A DNA stretch of 64,000 nucleotides from Trichosphaerium sp. ATCC 40318 (taxonomy: Eukaryota > Protista > Tubulinea): contig JALMLS010000612.1 in NCBI GenBank assembly GCA_038496445.1, positions 496,001 through 560,000 on the forward strand, read 5' to 3'. The position numbers and the translations under genes were made by a program. Shown here in pieces: positions 1 to 10,780 of the stretch (within the stretch, counting starts at the first letter, position 1; every line of letters begins with the position of its first letter). The notes under the pieces are model-generated. The model searched no databases. It saw nothing but the letters and a program-made list of their open reading frames with translations, and was not told where the DNA came from.

Positions 1-321
1 GGGTTTTTTTTAATGACGCTATAGGTTTTTATGATGACGCCACCACCTCTGTATCCACCAGATCCATACTCCATGAATAAGACCGTGATAAATGATATTT
101 TCCCAACACTCATGCCAAGCATCGCTCGCGCTAATGGCCTACCAATACCTATCGACATATTCAATGCTTTAGGTACACAACTTTAGAATGTTTGACCTAA
201 ATTGTTTTCAGGTGGTGTAAATCTGAGTCAACCTGGGATAACATGTGATGGGTGTCACCCTACGTTAAAGGGATATACCGAAATGACGAAGACAATATTT
301 GAGTACATACAAAAGCATTAG
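1..321 (+). CDS. SGNH/GDSL hydrolase family protein, 3' end (last two exons)
   Basis: Spliced translation VFMMTPPPLYPP...IDIFNALG|GVNLSQPGITCDGCHPTLKGY...QKH*; the DGxHP block V motif is typical of SGNH hydrolases. Confidence 0.75.
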
Positions 322-649
322 CTACAGTAAACAGCACTGTAATCTAACAAAGCTTCTTTTGTTAAACTTAAATACATTTTGCTCTTGCTCAACCAATAAT
401 ACTAAACCTATGAATACTACAATTACACTAGTGAAACTAAATGTCTTCAAATCACTGTACTTAACGTAAAGTGAGAAACTATCAATATTCCACCTGCATA
501 CTGACTGCATTTTGGTCTATATTTTTGTAGTGCTAACACGTCTATCCTTCAAGTAACAACTAACAATAATTATACGCCAAAGTTCGGGTGTGACAACAAC
601 TTCAGTGTCTTTACCACGAAGATAGATACACGTTCTTGACAGCACGTGC

Positions 650-714
650 AGGAGTCATTAGCTTGCGCTCGCTCCGCTCGCTTGAAAAAAAAAAAAAAGG
701 AGTCATTAGCTTGC
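650..714 (+). mobile_element. Tiny polyA-tailed retro-insertion with 17-bp target-site duplication
   Basis: aggagtcattagcttgc at 650-666 and 698-714 flanks gctcgctccgctcgcttg plus an A-run. Confidence 0.8.
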
Positions 715-772
715 AGTTACGAAAAGTCAACACTTTCCTTATTTGTGCAAAAAAAAAGTACTCACATTTGCG

Positions 773-1765
773 ATGGACACTTTTGATGAATCCCTATTAG
801 ATGGGGATCGTAGAAATAAGAAACGTGGCGGCATGCATTGGATGGTTCAGACTCTCATTGTCGTATTATTAGTTGTACTCGTTGCTCTAATAGCCGCGGA
901 CGTTTATTTTACGTACAAAAACCATCAAAACGTGCGTAGTATTGGTTTTACAATCAATAAAGCTAAAATAAGCGGTAGCTCCATAAAACCGACACTAACA
1001 CCGATAAACCGTACCTAGTTAACTTGGGTATTATGGGACCAAGAGTACAAGGATATAGAGTGTACTCACAATGCTACAATTTATTTATTTAACCTGTGAA
1101 TAGCTCTGGGCAATTTAGCAACGATTTAGATGCACTAACGGAAAAATGGTGGTCATATTTAAACAACCGCAAAGTAGGACCAAACGATACCATCATTTCA
1201 GACATAGACGATACAGTTCTATCAACGTACAAAGAGTGAGTATACATTAAAAATTTTGACATCTTGATACTGCACGTAGGCTACTTACAACAAAATGGTT
1301 TTGTTATATCCCAGCAAAAGACGTTGCATACATTGAAGCCGCAAAGGCACCTGCAATACCACAAACTAAGCAACTTGTGTCAAATATTGTAGATAAAGGC
1401 TACACGCTCATATTTCTAACAGGCAACAACACACGCACAGCCCACTTCTCACTGCAATGTAGGTCGCCCTGAAAAGTTTAAGAATGCAACATTTGTAAAT
1501 CTCGAAAGAGAAGGCATAAAAGGCTTTTCAAAGATCATTTTCCGTACTCCCGCGCAAGAAAGCCTTTCAGCGATGGCATATAAAGTAAGTCTACAATGAA
1601 TTCCATGATAACTTTAACATCAAAACATAGTCACAGACGCGTGAAGAGCTTCAAAAGAGCGGTTATAACATTATTGGCAGCATGGGCGACCAAATGAGCG
1701 ATATAGTGGGTGGTAATGCCCCATACCAAATGAAAGTACCAAACTACATGTACCTCATACCTTGA
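773..1765 (+). CDS. HAD-superfamily class B (plant-type) acid phosphatase with N-terminal TM anchor, multi-exon
   Basis: Hydrophobic N-terminal segment; motifs SDIDDTVLS (DxD), FLTGRP, GDQMSD and C-terminal KVPNYMYLIP*. Confidence 0.88.
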
Positions 1766-1941
1766 TTGCACAAAACTTGTAGAGCGAAAGAAGTAGATCA
1801 AATACAAGAAAAAATTTCAAAAAACAATTAATAAAACTAACCTTCATCTTGTACGCCTCTAGTATTGTCAGACACTGGGCGCAACCTACTATCCATTTCT
1901 TGGCTCTAAGTCATACAAGCTAATTTATTTCTGTTTCGCGT

Positions 1942-2678
1942 CTACGCAAGCCACAAAGCCCATAGGGCGAATAATAATACAATGAAAAAGCTTGGTACTC
2001 CTAGGATGGATGATGGCGAGCAGTGGTCGCTACTGTCGCCATTCTTCGTATTCAAGGTCCAAGTGCGATTGACTAGGATAAGTTTTAGTGCATCAACGTT
2101 AAACAGCAGAAAATCTCTTACCAATATTGAAACTCCATACGTCTGAAAAAGCGCATGGCCAGCATGATACAGACCAACACGGTTGATTTGTTCCACCTGT
2201 TACCATTAACGTGTTACTATCTCTCATAGTTGCTAAATGGAACACGCGCGCTAATAGCGTAATATTAGTACATTGGTAGTAGCTAGAGGATCAAAGTAGC
2301 AAAATTAGAAACATTTAGTGTATTTTACCAGGTGGGAACGTAGGATTGTTTGGATCGTTGTTTTTGCCGCCATCACTCAATTTAACCCACTCAAGAGTAT
2401 CTAAACGACAATCAGTTACAGACCTTTGTAGGACACAGCACCTTTGTGAAGCATCCAAACGTCATTAAACATGCTTCGTGAGACAGTTTGAAGTTTAGTT
2501 TGTTCCTTTCTGCTTCCGCCAAATGCTATCGCGGAGGTAGCGTTTACGTCAACCACTGTCTGTCCGAAACGCATGGATTCTATACTAGGTTACCAATAAT
2601 TATACTAGATAGCGTACGCGCATCAACCGCGATAACCAACACCAAAATACAGCATGCCAGCTGCCAAGCTCTGTGCAT
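1942..2678 (-). CDS. Small secreted, probably GPI-anchored protein with two kelch repeats (about 175 aa, 5 exons)
   Basis: Signal peptide MHRAWQLACCILVLVIAVDA; kelch blades RFGQTVV..AIAFGG..FNDVW..LEW and ARVFHLA..MVTGG..FSDVWSFNI.NRTW; hydrophobic C-terminal tail. Confidence 0.75.
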
Positions 2679-2767
2679 TTTTTAGTCGTGAAGTGGTTTT
2701 GCGGCAAGAATTTACCGAAGTGGTCAAGAAACGTCAGGTTGAATTTTTTGCTAACTAGATCACATCA

Positions 2768-3698
2768 ATGCCTCGCTGTACATCATACACCTACTCACCA
2801 ACGAAGGAGGCAAAAGGTACAGCGTATTCGTGGGTTTTTATCGTGTATTAACATTGGATAGCCGCTAAGGCCCGCGCCAGCCGCTTGCGTGTGCATTTCA
2901 AGGTATGTAATTAGCACCGTATAGAGCAGAAAAAAACTTGGGTGGGGAAAGATCCGCGAACAAGTTTTTGTTTAGGGATATCTTCCTCATTCTAGTCGTC
3001 TTTGGCATTTTTACGCTTAAAAGCGTTTTTCTAAGCGATCTGTTAGAACACATACGAAACTGCCCGCACTATCAAAGGAAAGACTTTGGGTGATGCCAAA
3101 CGCTACCTCCATGATGTCTTGCACTTCAGAAGGATTGTGCCATTTAGAAAATTTACTGGTGGTCCAGGCAAACACGCACAAAACAAAGAGCACAAAAAAC
3201 ACTACGCTGGTGGTAAATGGCCTCTTAAGAGCGCCAAACACTTGCTCAACCTTTTGCGTAATGTTGAAGCCAACGCACAGGTATGTATATTCGTCAGGGT
3301 GGCTCAGTAAGCGTATAAAACGCGTTTCGATGCAGATTACGACAAAAAACTCCAATTGCCTTTTCTTTGTCCATTTTGTACCAAATTCTTGATTCTGACG
3401 TTCCTAATTAGATGAAAAATCTCGACCTTAACCGTTGTGTAATCAAACACATCCAAGTTAACCGCGCCAGCAACTTGCGTAGACGTACTTACAGAGCTCA
3501 TGGTCGTATCAACCGTACGTATTTTGCGAATGCAATGTAATATTTGATTTAAATCTGTTTCTTACGCCTGTTTTTTTAGCATACTTGTGCTCCCCTTGCC
3601 ATGTTGAAATTATTGTTGAAGAGAAACAAGAAACCGTTCAAAAGCCAAGCAAAAAGGCCGACAAAGCCCCAGCTGAGGAAGAAATGGCACTCGATTAA
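2768..3698 (+). CDS. RPL17: 60S ribosomal protein L17 (uL22), multi-exon
   Basis: [13 protein letters not shown]|[26 protein letters not shown]|[12 protein letters not shown] motifs. Confidence 0.97.
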
Positions 3699-4253
3699 AA
3701 CAATAAATTTTCAAGCGTGTACCATTTGTTTAATTATGTGTCTTGTTCTGTTTGTTGTATAGCCGTATTTTTTATGGATATCACTTAGTAATGACACGTC
3801 TGCGCAGTTGTAACGAAACAGTTAAAATGTCATTTGACACCATCAAAGCGAAATGTTGTTTTCGCGGTAATTGAAGCGTTGCATTTCCAATACAAGCACA
3901 ACCGTAATTTTTTTGTGCTGGTTCGGAACCTAATTATTTTGCGGACAAATTTTATAGTTTTGAGTCAACGCTTATCAAGGTGTCATTGTAACTTGTTTGG
4001 CACAGTATTGAAGACACACGTACTGACACTAGATAACGGTAAGAGAAGCACTGGTACATATAATGTCGCTTTGTAGTTGTTTTTGTAATACATACAAACG
4101 CAAAGTATTCCATAGGCGATCTATCGCGTGTGCGATTGCGCTGCGCGAGTACTGTAATTAAACTCTAGCTCAGAAGAGATATCAAAAGTGTTCCAAATAA
4201 AAGTTTTATCAAACTGGCGTTAGCTTAATTTACAACATAATTACACGAATCAA

Positions 4254-7135
4254 ATGAACATTATAGATAGGCAACCAGGCCTCTCCACGCGAATTGCAGT
4301 GGTAATGCCATCACGCTGCAAACCGAGTAGATGCGCTTTAGAATGCAAAAAATCATGTATGTACGCCAAATGGCGCGAGTTAGCTTCAAATGTCAGTATT
4401 GCTAAAATGTTTGTAGGTCCTGTAAACAAGACTGGCAAGAAATGTATGACCGTCACGCGCAAAGACAAGCAAGTAGATATAGCTGAGGATTTATGTATTG
4501 GTTGTGGCATTTGTGTTACAGCCTGCCCATTCAAAGCTATCAAGATAATCAACCTACCAAAGGCATTGTTGAAAGAAGCTACTCACAGATATGGCGCGAA
4601 CGGATTCAAACTACATCGTTTTCCTCTACCGAGAAGAGGAGAAGTGCTCGGTCTCTTGGGAATGAATGGTATCGGCAAATCAACTGCTGTGCGTATACTA
4701 TGTGGTAAACTGAAGCCAAACCTTGGGGTGGCTGGTGAGGCACCAGGTTGGTCAGAAATCATAAAGAACTTCAGAGGATCTCCTGTACAAGCCTTGCTTC
4801 TGAATCTTCTAGACGAAAAATCTAAGGTACATACTCTAGTAGTACATCAGTTGAAGTAATGTTGTGTTAGGCTGTAGTTAAACCTCAACACGTTGACTTT
4901 TTGCCTAAAATCATCAAAAAAACTGTTGGCGAAATTTTGCGTAAAAAAGATGAACGTGGTTGTTTAGATAAAGTAGTAAAGGTGAGATTTTACACATACA
5001 TTGTGTATTTGTAGTACGTGGCATTAATTTTCTTTTTTGTAGATTCTTGATTTACGTCATCGTCTTGATACTCCAGTTCCAGAACTCAGTGGAGGTGAAC
5101 TTCAACGCTTTGCTATTGCTGTGGCTTGCTTAAGAAAAGCTAGCATGTACGAGTTTTATTTTGAACTTATTGCTCTTGGGTTAACGACTATCATAGCTAT
5201 ATCTTCGATGAGCCATGCTCATACCTCGATATTAAACAGCGCATACGCGCTGCACGTGTCATTCGCGATGTACGACTAATTTCATTTTTTTTGTTGATAG
5301 CTAATTTTTTGTATGTAGCTTGTAGACATGGACACATACGTAGTCGTTGTTGAACATGATCTAGCGATGCTTAATTATATGTGTGACGCTGTTCAGTTAT
5401 TCTATGGTAAACCTGGAGGTTATGGGGTTGTAACAAAACCTATTGGATGCAGCCAAGGTATGTACTAAAAGCTTTTGGCGTTTGCTCAAAAACTATAATT
5501 TCGACCCAACCGGATTCAAAAATCTCGTCTCTTCAATTGGATACGGCCATACAACCATGAAAACTCCGTGTCTCTTTCCGAACCGCGAAGATAAGCATGG
5601 TATGGCCCTGCCAGTACTTGGGTCCGTGAGGACCAGGGAACGTAGGGTGCTGTATTCATTTTGCTTTTTCTTCCTGCCCAATACCTCGCATGGGTTGTCT
5701 CCCCGTTACTCGTTTTGAAAGAGCAGTTACTTACATTAACAGACACAGATAATATTTTTACTTATCCTTCTTTTCTACCGATATATATATCGTTTTCTTC
5801 TTACAATTGTTTTAGGGATAAACATTTTCATGAATGGTTACATTCCAACAGAGAACATTAAATTCCGTAAAGAAGCATTGCAGTTTAGCGTAACAGCCTA
5901 TGATGACCTTGAGCTTAATCAGCCCAAATCCAAATTAAGTGCACGGACATACCCCAAATTAGTAAAAACGCTTGGTATGTAAACTATCCTTTATTGGTCA
6001 TTTTCTTACTCACATATCAATAGGAAACTTTGAATTAACTATAGAAGAGGGATACTATAAAGAATCAGAAGTAACTGTACTATTGGGCGAAAACGCCACA
6101 GGGAAATCTACTTTTATGAAGTACGTGTTTTAAAGAGATTTCCTTAGTTTAACTGGCTTCTCTTTAGGCTGCTTGCTGGTAGACTTGTTGATGACAATAA
6201 AACCAAAGTGATAGATGAGCGCGTAAAGGTTAGCTACAAGCCTCAGTTGGTATCAGTCACATCTACTGTACGTCGTATACAAAAAGAGCTTTGACTTTTT
6301 TTGACTATTTGCGTCTAAGTGACTTTGTTTAGGTGAGAATAACAGTTGAAGAACTACTAAATAATAAAACTCGTGGTACTTGGACTAATACAAGATTCAT
6401 GAAAGATGTCATAAAACCTCTTGGGATACATACTATGGTAGACGCTCAACGAAAAGTACGTCTCAAGAAGAGAACTCATTCCCAAGAACGAAAACCACCT
6501 CGAACTTATTTTGTAAACTAATACGAATGTAGGTTAGAGACCTCTCTGGTGGTGAAATGCAACGTGTTGCAATAGCACTATGCCTTTGTAAACCAGCTGA
6601 AGTATATCTCATAGATGAGCCTTCTGCGTATTTGGATTCAGATCAACGTATCCTATTAGCTAAAGTAATCAAAAGGTAAATCGAAACAGTTTCTTGCAAG
6701 TAAACGAAGTATTGTTTACGTGTTCTTTAGGTATATCTTACAGTCCAAGAAAACAGCTTTTATCGTTGAACATGATCTTATTATGGCAACATATATGGCT
6801 GACAAGATTATTTGCTACTCTGGCACACCCTCAGCCAAGTGTGTAGCATCAAGGTATTAAGTTTGTTTTAACGACGACTAAACTATGGTGTAGGCCTCTC
6901 TCGATCAAAGATGGTATCAGTATGTTCCTAGCATCCCTAGAGATTACAATGCGTCTTATCCAACCATCCATGAGACCTAGGTTCAACAAATTTGGATCTG
7001 AAAAGGACAAGTACGCATAGAAGACATCCCTTCAACTAGCCAATGTCTTACCTATTTTTTTCGTTTTATAGGATTCAAAAAAGGAAAGGAGATTACTTTC
7101 TAACGAGTTACGATGCCAATTATTGGCGCTCATAA
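4254..7135 (+). CDS. ABCE1: ABCE1/RLI1 ribosome recycling ATPase (divergent), multi-exon
   Basis: N-terminal 2x[4Fe-4S] motifs ([29 protein letters not shown]); two ABC domains ([38 protein letters not shown]). Confidence 0.95.
5539..5658 (+). rRNA. 5S rRNA gene nested in ABCE1 intron (intron 5458-5815)
   Basis: 120 nt; 5' GGATACGGCCATAC; helix I GGATACGGC/GCTGTATTC; CCGAAC loop; AGTACT loop E; GTCC-GTGA-GGAC GNRA hairpin; GGGAA. Confidence 0.95.
5659..5669 (+). terminator. Pol III oligo-T terminator of the 5S gene
   Basis: TTTT-GC-TTTTT immediately follows the 5S 3' end. Confidence 0.8.
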
Positions 7136-7604
7136 AAGGGGCTACAAGGGACCAAAGTAAGTGAACATTAAACTCCAATACAGTACTAAATACGCAATTA
7201 GTCCAAGCCAAAAAACCCAATCTGCAACAAAGCCATGGTAGGCTCTCTAAGCGCTCTTTGTGTCATTGAATGTACGTTCATAATATCTGTATAGGATTTA
7301 ACTAAGTCTTACTAGCAGCTCAGTTATGAACAGAGCGAACAAGATGAACATTTAAAGCAACATCTGTAAAGATGATAAGTTCTTAAAGACCAATAAATAG
7401 TTTTCTAACAAAGACATTCCTTCCAATCTACATTGCTGTCAAGGTTTTACCTGTTGTTGCTATTAAACTTTACGAGAAAAAATTAAAAAAGTTCAGTGGT
7501 GACATAGCGTTCGGGCTCATTCTTCAATGAAACGTTCAAGAGTTTTTCACAAAATTCTCACAGTCAAACGATAGTTTACACCCTTATTCTTCCTAAACCC
7601 TACA

Positions 7605-8030
7605 ATGTCTGCAGAAAAGGATGTAGCACAAGCCCAAACACTTGAAGAGCGTGTTATAGCTATGTTTCGTACTTATGGTGAAATGCGTACGAAAGCAAGG
7701 ACAAAAGAAGATGTAGAGGCAGCTCTTGGTTTCTTAAACGCAAAGGAGAACTCCTGTACATTTATTATAAACAATAGTAAAAAAATAGCATTTTCTGGAT
7801 ACAAGGAATGGCTCAAACATATTGATGACGCGAGGCTACAACAATCGATCGATATGGTACCTATTAGTGATAAAATCACGTTTTGTGAAAAGACAATGGT
7901 ACTTGATTGTACTTGCTTCAAAGTGATTAAGGGTATCAAGTCGCCACCCTTCCATATCATAGCACAGATTGTTCTAGAAGACGGACAGCCTAAGTTCAGC
8001 CACTGTGATATCTATACCAGTCAAACCTAA
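7605..8030 (+). CDS. Intronless hypothetical protein, possibly NTF2/SnoaL-like fold
   Basis: 141-aa ORF with AATAAA after the stop; the fold guess rests only on a helix-then-beta pattern. Confidence 0.65.
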   Translation: MSAEKDVAQAQTLEERVIAMFRTYGEMRTKARTKEDVEAALGFLNAKENSCTFIINNSKKIAFSGYKEWLKHIDDARLQQSIDMVPISDKITFCEKTMVLDCTCFKVIKGIKSPPFHIIAQIVLEDGQPKFSHCDIYTSQT

Positions 8031-8724
8031 AATAAACCTTTTTGTAACATAATCAGGCTGAATTGATTTACACATTTTAGTTTCTAATGTTGGGGACATA
8101 GTGTTACATATCACAACGTTTTCATAGAGTACCATTTTCGTCCGAAACAGTAAAAATGGTTTAGCCCAAAAGATACCACATATTTAGTCGAATTTTCCTA
8201 CATTTTGGCACTGCCACACCTACCAGTGGTTAACAATATGTGCGAAGGTCAAATTATTACACCGAACAAGCGAAGGCTTGACCGAAAGCGAACACGCCAT
8301 TACATATTTGCATTTGCTGTCCTACTCAAACACCTTCTCTTTTTTTTTTCTGTTGGTTTCAGCACCTTCGGTAAAATGTGTAGCCCAACGCTTAGTCTGG
8401 CGTGCTACAACAGCTTACTAAGTTACAAAGCGAAGTTCCGAACTTTGTATCACGTTATAAGTATGTGTAAAACGGTTCACAAGCACGTGCGATACGTAAA
8501 AAGTGATAAACAAGCACAACAGACCTATCAACAAATACAACAGCTTTTGTCACAAACCTTTTTTTTGCAAGTTGCAACGCAGTGCACATTAAGATAAATA
8601 TGCATTGTTTCCTGAATACCCTACTATTATTCAGCGATTGTATTTAACGAGACTGTCCAAAACTCTCCAACTTTTTTACGAACACTTTTTGAAAGTTGTA
8701 GCAATACACCACAACAGACTAAGT

Positions 8725-10588
8725 ATGTTCTCCTTTAGATGCGTTTTTATACTGGCTTCCATTGTTATCGCTGGTACTTATCCGCCTTTAAAGTACTTCG
8801 TTTAAAAACAAGAATTGCTAGCTCATGTCACTGTGGGTGCCAACAAGTGGGAGGATATTCAAGCGTTTAATGATGTCGCAAAAATGCTTGATGACACTGA
8901 ACACCTTGATAACCCTTTAGTAGCCACTGGTGATATCACTGGTCATGGTTCTACAATATGCATTGTGTCATCAATTGAAAACAAAACCTTTGTTGGCGAT
9001 ACCTTATCATTTGTGGATGCTAGTGGCGTTTTGGTGGTAGTAGGAACGCAAGAGAGTACGAACTTGTTGATCCTTTTGGGCTTTGCTAACATAAGTGCTA
9101 GGCATCTCTTCTAAAACAGCGACAGTACTTCGCGTATTCGGTAAGGATAGAACGTACGGTGTTGTGTATGGAAACAATGAGTTTTCCATTGTTTCTTGCG
9201 ATAAACTACGTGAACTCAAGCGTGGATTTAACCCTTTAGCTTGCCGTATGAGGTTCATTAGTGCTAATGCAGCAGGAGTACGTTGTCACATTTTGGTTTT
9301 AGGTCTTCAGTTTAAAGAATCACGTGATACCAAATACAAGGCATCATTGTTTTTAAAACATTGTCAGGTGTTCCAGATATCAGAAGCAATTGAATTTATC
9401 GAACCTTCAGTGGTGGCTCCTTTCAGGTTTGGATTCACTTACGATTCTTGTATGTTTTGTTTGCAACGTTCCACTAATAGGTACCTAGCTTCAAAAACGT
9501 ATGTCATTGTAAACGACTATGCTAACATGGAGGATGTATTTCCAATTTATGTTGATGCAGTGTCACGAAATGTTACCATTGATTTTGGTGAAGGCACTTG
9601 TACGTGAAATTCAAAGCATCTAACCATCGAAACTGTGTATTAGATTCATTTTTTGACCTTTTTTTTTTCATTCCAGTTACTACTGCGAGACTATTTGGTG
9701 GTGATGTTTCTGTTGATGATAGTGGGTGTATTGTTGCTGTCTTTAGGAGCGAGAAATCATCGATTATGAAAAGATCTAATGATAATGGTATAATGAGAAT
9801 GACCGTATTGAAGGGAAACGAGACAGTAAGCCAAACAAACTTTTGTATGTTTTTCATCGCACATTTTTACACGTGATAGTTTCTCTATGACTACACTCTC
9901 ATAAATACGTCATTCGTATTACAACCATCCATTGATCTCGCATATGATTCTGTATTCGACCAGTTCGCATTAATTTATGGAGAAAGAACAGACGTTGGTG
10001 CTATCGAAATTAAAGTAGTTCAATTCCAAGTCATGTGTGCAGCAAATGCAAAAGTTACAGTGATCGGTACAGCAAATGTCTCAACAAGCACTAATCGCAA
10101 TGCTGTTTCATATTCAATTGTTGCATCTCCGTCAGCTGAAAGCACTTTCATTGCAACTTATACCAACGGAACAAACACGTACATGTCAGCGTTGTCATCT
10201 ACAGCTTCGTCTGTTAACATTGCTCTCCCAAATAATGTGTTTGAAGATCCCAGGATAACTAGAGTGGCATGGATTCAAGGACAATCGAATGGTATTGGAA
10301 TTGTAAGTTAGACTGTATCTCAATAGGCATTATTTTATGACATTTATTTAGGTTGTAGCTCGAACTGAAAGAAGTCTGCCTGAAGGGTATAACTCAACAA
10401 CATCATTTATTGTTGTCGACACTTGTCCAATGTCTCCATCTGGGTCAGGACCAACAAGCATGACAGAACCTGGCATGGTGACGGCACCACCAACGGTTTC
10501 CCCTACCACTATCAGCGCACCTACAAGCAATGCTCATGAGCTTGCAACACGCTTACTATTCTTTGTATTCACCCTATTGATCTTGTAA
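8725..10588 (+). CDS. Secreted/GPI-anchored cell-surface protein, multi-exon
   Basis: Signal peptide MFSFRCVFILASIVIA; Ser/Thr/Pro-rich stalk (PTSMTEPGMVTAPPTVSPTT); hydrophobic end RLLFFVFTLLIL*. Confidence 0.7.
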
Positions 10589-10780
10589 ACGTAAAACAGA
10601 ACAGTTCCGTCCCTCTAGTCTACCGCTATTTGTAGTACCAATAAACATACTTTACCTCACACTTTGGAGGATAGAAGAGAAACAATGAACAGAAAGGTGA
10701 TGTGTAAGTGTCAAACTATTTAATTTATTCCCTTTAAAACAAAACAGCTGTTTCTTGTGTTTTTTCTCTTGGGTGTTGGT

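Noticed and set aside
5443-5861. Four overlapping short ORFs in the ORF track
   Set aside because: Artefacts of the GC-rich 5S gene inside the ABCE1 intron
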